A program made the translations under genes and the position numbers. Under the pieces are notes generated by a model, which did not search any database, was not told where the DNA came from, and saw nothing but the letters and a program-made list of their open reading frames with translations. DNA of 64,000 nucleotides. Origin: the human T2T-CHM13v2.0 reference genome, Homo sapiens. Location: assembly GCF_009914755.1 (NCBI RefSeq), contig NC_060934.1, one strand, 5' to 3'. Of the stretch, positions 53,531-64,000 are shown piece by piece. Each line of letters starts with the position of its first letter. Positions within the stretch are counted from its first letter, which is position 1.

Positions 53531-54957
53531 CTTTGTTGTTTTATCTACCTTTGGTCTTTGACGATGGTGACGTACAGATGGGGTTTTGGTGTGGATGTCC
53601 TTTCTGTTAGTTTTCCTTCTAACAGTCAGGACCCTCAGCTGCAGGTCTGTTGGAGTTTGCTGGAGGTCCACTTCAGACCCTGTTTGCCGGGGTATCAGCA
53701 GCGGAGGCTGCAGAACAGCGAATATTGGTGAACAGCAAATGGTGCTGCCTGTTCGTTCCTCTGGAAGTTTCATCTCAGGGGGTACCCGGCTGTGTGGGGT
53801 GTCAGTCTGCCCCTACTTGGGGGTGCCTCCCAGTTAGGCTACTTGGGGGTCAGGGACCCACTTGAGGAGGCAGTCTGTCTGTTCTCAGATCTCAAGCTCC
53901 GTGTTGGGAGAACCACTACTGTCTTCCAAGTTGTCAGACAGGGATATTTAAGTCTGCAGAGGTTTCTGCTGCCTTTTGTTTGGCTATGCCCTGCCCCCAG
54001 AGGTGGAATCTACAGAGGCAGGCAGGCCTCCTTGAACTGTGGTGGGCTCCACCCAGTTTGAGCTTCCTGGCAGCTTTGTTTACCTACTCAAGCCTCAGCA
54101 GTGGCCGGCGCCCCTCCCCCGCCTCGCTGCCACATTACAGTTCTATCTCAGACTGCTGTGCTAGCAATGAGCGAGGCTCCGTGGGTGTAGGAGCCTCCAA
54201 GCCAGGCGCGGGATATAATCTCCTGGTGTGCCATTTGCTAAGACCATTGGAAAAGTGCAGTATTAGGGTGGGAGTGATTTGATTTTCCAGGTGCCATTTG
54301 TCACCCCTCCCCTTGGCTAGGAAAAGGAATTCCCTGTCCCCTTGTGCTTCCCAGGTGAGGCGATGCCTCGTCCTGCTTCGGCTCATGCTCAGTGTGCTAC
54401 ACCCACTGTCCTGCACCCACTGTCCGACAATCCCCAGTGAGATGAACCCAGTACCTCAGCTGGAAATGCAGAAATCACCTGTCTTCTGCATCTCTCACGC
54501 TGGGAGCTGTAGACTGCTGTAGACTGGAGCTGTTCCTATTCGGCCATCATGGAACCGCCCAAGCCTGTTACTTTTCTAGAGTATGAAAATTATTCCAACC
54601 CTGTTTCTCATGTGGAAGCTTGGGTGACTGACCCGGGAGAAAGCTCTGGGGCCCTACTACCTTCCAGGCAGCTCTGGTTTCAGCCTAAATGGCCTGGGGC
54701 TGTCAGTGACTCTCTCCAGGAAGAGCTTCCTGGCTGCCCAGAGCCCTCTCTCCCACTCCTGCGCATGACTCTGAGGGGTGTCAGTCACCCCATGCCCAGC
54801 AGCCCAGGCTCACCAAGACGGCCTCTTCCCAGGGCTCAGAGGGATGAACAAGCATCGGTGTGTGGAGGAGGGGGCGTCTGGAGAGGGGGGGTCTTGAGAT
54901 TGCACCTGCCTTGGGATAGGTTCCTCCTTGGTCCAAGGGTGAGTTGGGGATGGGAAG

Positions 54958-55326
54958 TGTGTTAGTCCATTTGCATTATTATAAGGAGATGCCTGAGGCT
55001 GGGTAATTTATAAAGAAAAGAGGTTTATTTGGCTCAAGGTTCTGCAGGCTGTACAAGAAGCATGGCACCAGCATCTGCTTCTGGGGAGGGCTCAGGCAGC
55101 TTCCACTCATGGTGGAAGAGAGAGCAAGAGAGAGAGGGGAGGCAACAGGCTCTTAACCAGTTCTCCTGTGAACTTATAAAGTGAGAGCTCACTCATTATG
55201 GTGAGGACAGCACCAAGCCATTCATGAGGGATCCACCCCCAAACACCTCCCACTAGGCCCACCTCCAATATTGAAGGCCACATTTCAACATGAGATTTGG
55301 AGGGGACAGACATCCAAACCATATCA
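54958..55326 (-). mobile_element. MaLR solo LTR (MSTB-like)
   Basis: TGATATGGTTTGG start on minus, TG..CA ends, 5-bp TSD ggaag/gggag. Confidence 0.88.
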
Positions 55327-56596
55327 GGGAGAGGCGCCTGAACTGACTCCTAGCTCATGGAGAGCTCATGTGTTAAATGCCCGGTAGCTTCATGCCACCT
55401 GCACTACCATGGGCTGGCAGCTGCTCTGAGGTCTCTTCTGATGACACCGTTGGCTGATGACCACAGGCAAGAGCCAAAGTTGGGCAGAACCAAGCCTCTC
55501 AGCAGACAGAGGATCAACCGCCATGGGGTAGCACCCTTAAATCACTTGAGAGGTAGCGGCTGGCTGATGGATGGCCTTTAACCCCCAGATACTTTAGCGG
55601 ATATTTCCCAAGAACAAGTACATTCTCTGACGTAACCACAGTCCAGTTGCCAAATCCAGAGAGTTCACAGTGACACTATGCTACTATGGAATAAACTACC
55701 CTGATTAGAGAATCAGGGGCTTCCTGGACTGCATTTAGAACTCGAGTGTTTTGTGTCTCCCCTCTTGTAGAACAGCCTTTTGGGGTGTTTTATAACCTGA
55801 CATTTTTTAAGAATTCAGGCCAGATTCTTTTATACAGCACTGTTTTTAAACAAATGGTATCACATTGCAAATCCTGCTCCACAAGTTTTTTCTCACTTAG
55901 CTGTATATGTGTGAGGTATTTCTGCATCAGTAAATAAATGGCCACTGTGTCCCCTTGAAACTGCACCTCAGTGTATAAATAAATACAGCACTCAGGACTG
56001 TGACTAAACCATCGTCACATTGTTCCTGCCCAGATAGATTATAGGTTGCCACAATTTGAAATGACATGCCTGTGTATGTGCCTCTTTGTCAGAATTTAAA
56101 TAGATACAGCAAAATGATCAGTTTACATTTCCATCAACAGAAAGCACCCCTTTCCAACATGGAGAACAGCATCCATTTTTGGCTATTTTTCCCACATAAT
56201 GGTTCATAGGCACCTCCGCTGTGGCTGAGTTGGGTCATTTGACTCTGCAGCCAAGATTCTGTGTCTGCACCTGATACTGATCATGTGAACTTCACACATT
56301 ATTGTTTTCTTATCACTTTCTATATGGTTTCTACATTTTGGGTACAAATCCTGTGCTGGATATGTTGCAGGTATGTTGTCCCAGACTGTTTTTATCATTA
56401 CTTATAATGTCTGGTACAGCTGAGAAGCTTTAACATTATGACAGATTAAAATATATCCATCTTTTTGTCTATATTTTATAGTTCTTTATGTGGGTGTGTG
56501 GATGTGTTGCTTTTGAGGGCCTTTCCTAGTCTTTTTATACACAGGTTATTCAATAATTTCTCCCAATGCTTTTATGTATTTTTACTTTTAGTTCTT

Positions 56597-56900
56597 TAAT
56601 TTTTTGTTTTTTTATTTTTGAGACAGGATCTCACTCTGTCACCCAGGCTGGACTGCAGTGGCGCAATCATGGCTCACCACAGCCTTGAACGCCCAGCTCA
56701 AGGGATCCTCCCACCTCCCCCTCCAGAGTAGCTGGGACCACAGGTGCACACCACCACACCCTGCTAACTTTTCTATTTTTTTGTAGAGACAGGGTTTCAC
56801 CATGTTGCCTAGGCTTGTCGTGAACTCCTGGGTTCAGGCAATCTGTCTGCCTTGGCCTCCCAAAGTGCTGGGATTACAGAAGTGAGCCACCTCGCCTGGC
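56597..56900 (-). mobile_element. AluJ-like element
   Basis: Reverse full Alu from T-tail to cctcgcctggcc. Confidence 0.88.
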
Positions 56901-58009
56901 CTTGAAATTAATTTGTACATAATTATCTACAACTATCTGCAATATGTTACAAGTAGATCTAGCTTTTCAGTACTGTTTGTTAAGTAAGTCTCCTTGTCCT
57001 TCTGGCCCCAGACCATGTAGAAATTTCCTGTGTGTATACGAGCTGTTACTGGATCCACTCTGGTTCACTGATAGGTTTGTCTTTTTTATAGACCAACGAT
57101 GCTTTATCATTATCATTATTGTGTAACTCTGTGATCCATCTATGTGTCTGGTGAGGGCAAACTTTCCAGAAGCCCCGCAGGGCAGTGAGTAAAACAGAAA
57201 GAAAGTGCTGAAACCCAGGACATGGAAGCTTTGTTTTCACAGAGTCAGAGGGCAGGGGCCCCAGAGGAAAAGGTACTTGTCCCAGGTCACCCAGCAAGGG
57301 GTTCCTGACCCCCACTGGAGTCCCTCTCTGCTCCCTCCTGTTGAAAGAGACCCTGACCCAACCAGAGGGCCCTCCCCTCAGCACTCCACTGGAGTGGGCC
57401 TCCTTGGGTCCTCACACCGCCTGGGCAGACCACCATCTTTCATAAGGAAATCCATACTGATCTCCTTTACCCAGCCCTGATTGTGCGGCACGAGGAGGGG
57501 ACCAAGAGAAGAAAGGCCCTGTTCCTGGCAGCAGCTGCCTGGGAATCTGCATTTCCCTCCCTTGGGGAACCTGCTCTGGAGGGAAAGGTTTGGGGTGACC
57601 CTGGGACAGATGAGCCTCCTCCTGGGCAGAGGGTAGTAGGGCCCAGGCCTTCCCTCCTAGCCCCGCTCCCTGGACCTCTGGCCAGGGGCCGGGGGAGGAC
57701 ATATCAGAGTCCCCTTAGTGGATGGAGCTCCTTCGTGCAGCTGGGGCTGATGGGTGCCTGCAGCGCAGGCCCTTCCTGAGAGATGCCATGGGCCCCTCTC
57801 CCCCAGCTCTGCTGCCAGCCTTGGCCTCTGAATTTTTCTTGGGCACCTTGGAATCACCTGCAATGGAAGTAAAATCCTCTTTTCCTGAGCCGCCTATGGC
57901 TCCAGCTCAGGGACGCTTTCTTCACCCAAAGCTAGCAATATGGGTGCCCCAGGGGTCCTGCTCCTCTATTCTGCACAGCACAGCCTCACCCTCTCCCCCA
58001 CAGGCTCCT

Positions 58010-58230
58010 GCCTGTCAGTCTATCACATGGCGAGAGAGGAAAGAGATGCTAGGCTCGTTTTAATAATCAGATCTCACATGAGCTAGAATGAGAACTCACT
58101 TATTACCTTGAGGATGATACGAAGACATTCATGAGGGATCCACCCCCACGACCAAAACACCTCCCACTAGCTCCACCGCCAGCACTGGGGATTACATTTC
58201 AATGTGAGATTTGGAGGGGTCAACTATCAC
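58010..58230 (-). mobile_element. Partial MST LTR
   Basis: gagaactcacttattacc...attcatgagggatccacccccacgaccaaaacacctcccactag...gtgagatttggaggg. Confidence 0.75.
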
Positions 58231-58799
58231 CCTCTTTCATCTGCATCCTGACTTGAAGAAAATTTTTGGTATGTCTCAACAATGGTTTCTTCCTGGTCCT
58301 CCTGCCCTTGTAGGTTTACACAATAGGGTTTCAGGAAGGAGCGGGGAAAACTGAGAGCTCAAACTCCCTTTCCAACTGAAGGCCTCTGCTTCATTTTCTA
58401 AGTGGCTGTAATGTTGTTAAGGGTGTTTCCTAACTTCGCTGGGCATGAGTAACCAACCACCTTTGTAAGCCAAGAATGCCGAGTTTCAAGCATACTTAAG
58501 ATCTCCCAAATGCCCCAGGTTGTTGGGGCCCAGGATTAAGCACTGTCTTTGGGACAATAACTTTTCACTGACGGCAGACCATGGCACTGGAGGTCACAGC
58601 ATGGGGCAAAGTCTCTGCAGTAAAATTTGACGTTGAAGAGACAGGGAGTCTCTGAAAAAAGAGAAAGAAAAAACGCCTATTCTGCTTCTGTATCAGGTGG
58701 GTCACTCACCTCTGGTACATAGCCTTGGCTTCCCCATCCTTATTTTAATGAAAGCACCATTGTGCAGGTTGCAGGGACCAAGGGAGGGAAATTATATCA

Positions 58800-59091
58800 A
58801 TGATAAATGGAAAATGGTGAATGGAAGTGAATGTGGTTGGTGAATAGCAGGTGGTGGATGGTAAATAGTGAATAGTGAATGATGGATGGTGGATGGAGAA
58901 TAGAAAAAGGTAGATGGTGAATGGAGATGGAGGGTGAATAGACAGAAGGTGAATAATAAATGGTGGGTGGTTAATGGAGGTGAATGGTGGATAGTGAATG
59001 GTGGATAATGAGTGGAGGTGACTGGTGGGTGGTAAATGGTAGATGATGAGTAGAGGTGACTGTAGATGGTGAATGGTGGTTGGCGAATGGT
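58800..59091 (+). repeat. TGGA/TGAA/TGG low-complexity repeat
   Basis: Degenerate ggtgaatggtggat units. Confidence 0.85.
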
Positions 59092-59255
59092 GAAAAATAC
59101 AAAAACTAGTCAGGCATAAGGCACGGGCCTGTAATCCCAGCTACTCAGGGGGCTGAGGTGGGAGGTCAAGGCTACAAAGAGCTATGATTGCGCCACTGCA
59201 TCCTAGCCCAGGTGACAGAGTGAGACCCTGTCTCAAAAAAAAAAAAAAAAAAAAT
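59092..59255 (+). mobile_element. Alu right-arm fragment
   Basis: aaaatacaaaaactag...cctgtaatcccagctactcagg...gacagagtgagaccctgtctc poly(A). Confidence 0.85.
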
Positions 59256-59259
59256 ACAA

Positions 59260-59535
59260 CAGGAGCCACAGATTGAATTATAAATGTTCTAGAAGCAATA
59301 TTTTTAAAAAGTAAAATGAGACAGATTATGTTAAATTATGTTTTATTTAAGCCAATACATCAAAACATTATTATTTCAACATGTATCCATATACAAATAT
59401 ATTGAAATATTTTACTTTTTTCACCCAAGTCTTTGAAATCCCGTGTGTATTTTAAGCACATCTCAATCTGTGAGAGCCACACTGCAAGCACGCAGCAGCC
59501 ACCTGAGCCTGGTGCTTACCGTACTGGAAGGGGCA
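59260..59535. mobile_element. hAT-Charlie MITE (MER3/MER33-like)
   Basis: aaaacattattatttcaacatgt...gtctttgaaatcccgtgtgtattttaagcacatctcaat...gcttaccgtactgga. Confidence 0.6.
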
Positions 59536-59766
59536 GCAGTGCTGGACGCTATCCCCATGCTCCCACCCACACACTCCTCTCTCTCCTCCAAGAACCTGAC
59601 CTGGGGTGAAGGCATGCACCCACGACTCTGGTGGTGCCCTTCCTCTACAACTGTCTCCTTATTACTGCGAGTAGAAATTTCACCACTGATTTCATATTCA
59701 GAAGATTCACACCTGTATTTGAACATTTCTGTTGCTCACCTGTGATAATTAGCCCTGTGCTTTACT

Positions 59767-61037
<1,271 letters not shown>

Positions 61038-62323
61038 ACTTTATCACCCCACAAAGAGAGAGGAGAAGCAGCGTTGCGTGCATTCAAGCTAGAGAACTGG
61101 AACTACATAAAGCTGAGATCCTTGAGAGTGGGAGGCTGCCATGAAAGGAGAATGAGAAAAATTCTGCCCACTAGCATGTAAGAGGTCAAGAAAGCTGGTA
61201 TCTGCCTAGAGCACTGAAGGAAAGGAGGAGAGGAGGAGGACTCTCCTAAGGGAAACTGAGACCCTGAGCTTACATTATGCACAGGTTTGAAGTCCATGTG
61301 TCACTGAAATCCCTAAACTGCAAAAGTAACATGAGAATTGTTTATAATTGGTTGAGACTTCAGTTGTCTCAGAGACAGCAAAGGCAAAACCCATCCTTAG
61401 AAAAAATTTCCCAGCCCAGAGGTTCCTACATTAAAAACTAACAAACACAAATCTTGCCATATAGGAGGTCCCAGTTTAAAAATTTCAAAACACACAAGGA
61501 AATATGACACAATGAGTAAAACTCAACAGAGCTATTCCACTCAGTTTTTCTGTGAACCTCAAACTGCTGTAAAAAATAAAGCCTATTTAAAAAAAAAAAA
61601 AAAAGCAGAAATGGCAAACTAGATTGGCTTCTCCCAACCCTCACCAAACTTGAGTCAGTAAAATATTATGAAAATGTTTATAAAATAAGACTATTTCAAA
61701 AGATTAAAGAAACTAGAAATCATATGAGAAAAGAGAACTTCTAAAAGATTAGGTAAAGGAAAAATAAAACACTTAAAAATATAAAAAGTCACTAAGAGAA
61801 TAGATGTTAAATGTTCTCACTACAAAAAAAAATGGTAAGAATGTTAGGTGATAGGTTATCCAGCTGGATTGTGGCAATCCTTTCAGAATGTATAGATATA
61901 TCAAGTTATCATGTACACTGTAAATATATACAATTTTTATTTGTCAATTATACCTCAATAAAACTGAAAAATAAAATTAAAAGGCATTGAAATTAAAAAC
62001 TCAATGGGCACGTTAAATGCAAGTTAAACACCTGTGGGGAGAGAATTCGTGAAGTGGAAGATACTTCTGAGGAAATCACCTAGAATGCATCACAGAGATA
62101 TAAATAATTTTTAAAAAAACCTTGAAGGGCTCAAAAACTGGAGAAAAAAATAAGAGCTGACACACAGCTGATGGGCCTATAGAAAGGAGAACTTTCTGAA
62201 TGAAGAGGGAGGAGAGGCAATATTTGAGAGATTCGTCATTTTAAAGAAATTATTAAAAATATAAATCCTTGGGTTGAGTAAGTACAAGTAGTTCTGAGCA
62301 CAAAAAGTAAAAATGAATACATG

Positions 62324-62607
62324 GGCTGGGCGCAGTGGCTCATGCCTGCAATCCCAACACTTTGGGAGGCCAAGGCAGGGAAATAACTTGAGGCCAGGAG
62401 TTCAAGACCAGCCTGGTCAACATGATGAAACCCCATCTCTACTAAAAATACAAAAAATAGCCAGGCATGATAGCACGCACCTATAGTCCAAGCTACTCAG
62501 GAGGCTGAGGCAGGAGAATCACTTGAACCCACAAGGCAGAGGTTGCAGTGAGCCAAGATCGTGCCACTGCACTCCAGACTGGGCGACAGAGCAAGACTGA
62601 CTCAAAA
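62324..62607 (+). mobile_element. AluS element with TSD
   Basis: Full Alu, TSD aaaaatgaatacatg. Confidence 0.92.
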
Positions 62608-63281
62608 AAAAATGAATACATGGATATACCTCAATAAAAATCATAAAATGTCAAAGACAAAGAGAAAATCTAGTTAGCAACCAGGGAGAAAAGACTAATA
62701 ACCTAGCAACCAGCTTCCACTTGACGGACCGCAGATGCCTAAAGTGCAATAGAAGAGGTCTGAAGAAAAGAGAATCACATCTTCAATGTGCTGGAAACAA
62801 ATAATTTTAACTGAACATTCCATGCCCTGTTCAACAAGCATTCCAGAATGAGAGTGAAATGAAGTAATTTTCATTCAAATAGAGCACCCCACACACACAC
62901 ACATAAACACACTGAGAGAACTAGTGAAGAACATAATTCAGAAACAAAGACAGAGTGAGATGCAATGAGCAGGAAAAGTAATAAACATGCAGGGAAATCT
63001 AAACCTAGCGACCACAAACTGTTTGAAACAATACTAATGATGAATGGGGATCATTAGAAACAGGGTGGACCTAAAATTAAGACAATAGAACATGCAAGTT
63101 GAGGGAAAGATACAATAATAACAGTTACGGAGTTCTGTGGTTCTTTTATTCTGGGGAAAGAAGATGAAAATACTGGCTTTAAAAGTGCATATTAAATTTG
63201 TAAAGACTAGGAATAAACCGTATAACTTCAGTGAAAAAGGGAAAGCGAATAACAAAAGTCCAATTAATTCATAGGAGACAG

Positions 63282-63702
<421 letters not shown>

Positions 63703-64000
63703 TTATACATTGACTATGTTTGTATACTGATGAAAATTATCTGTATACTGATGAAAATTATTTGTAAAATGATAAATGAAAAAACATACTAGGCAAATAT
63801 TAATCAAAAGAGAACAGTTCTAGCTATACTTACATTAGACAAAATAAACAAGACAAAAAGCATTATTAGGGTGAAAGAGGTTATCATGTGATCATGGGAA
63901 CAATTTCTATCATATATGACAATGAAAATTCACCATAAAGATATTTTTAAAATCCAGAATCTGTATGTTTCTAACAATATAGTCTTAAAACAGAAAAATC

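Noticed and set aside
53201-53773. N-terminally extended 190-aa L1 ORF1
   Set aside because: Chance upstream ATG in the 5' UTR, and ORF1 is truncated by stops.

Overview
Catarrhine primate, most likely human, genomic DNA. The encoded protein matches DRGX as I know it, which would place the window at chr10q11.23. The left half holds the 5' part of DRGX (PRRXL1/DRG11, Q50 paired-like homeobox) on the minus strand: a TATA promoter in a CpG island, a non-coding exon and five coding exons with canonical splice sites. The last, OAR-coding exon lies left of the window. Homeodomain/POU-site-rich intronic and upstream elements surround it. The most notable item lies about 16-22 kb upstream of DRGX on the same strand (about 41250-46990): a decayed, intron-containing, multi-exon TGF-beta/BMP-family gene. 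It has a signal-like N-terminus, prodomain motifs, an RHHR furin site and a cystine-knot domain. Its diagnostic motifs most resemble ADMP (anti-dorsalizing morphogenetic protein), a ligand with no functional gene in placental mammals, so it is a candidate unitary pseudogene. The right part holds a full-length but dead L1PA4-like LINE-1 with 18-bp TSDs and a probable short 3' transduction, a Ricksha MULE DNA transposon, and MaLR LTRs, Alus, MIRs and old L1 fragments. A 3'-truncated U6 retrocopy and a non-TE 250-bp local duplication lie in the last DRGX intron. Family assignments are from recalled consensus sequences, not database searches.
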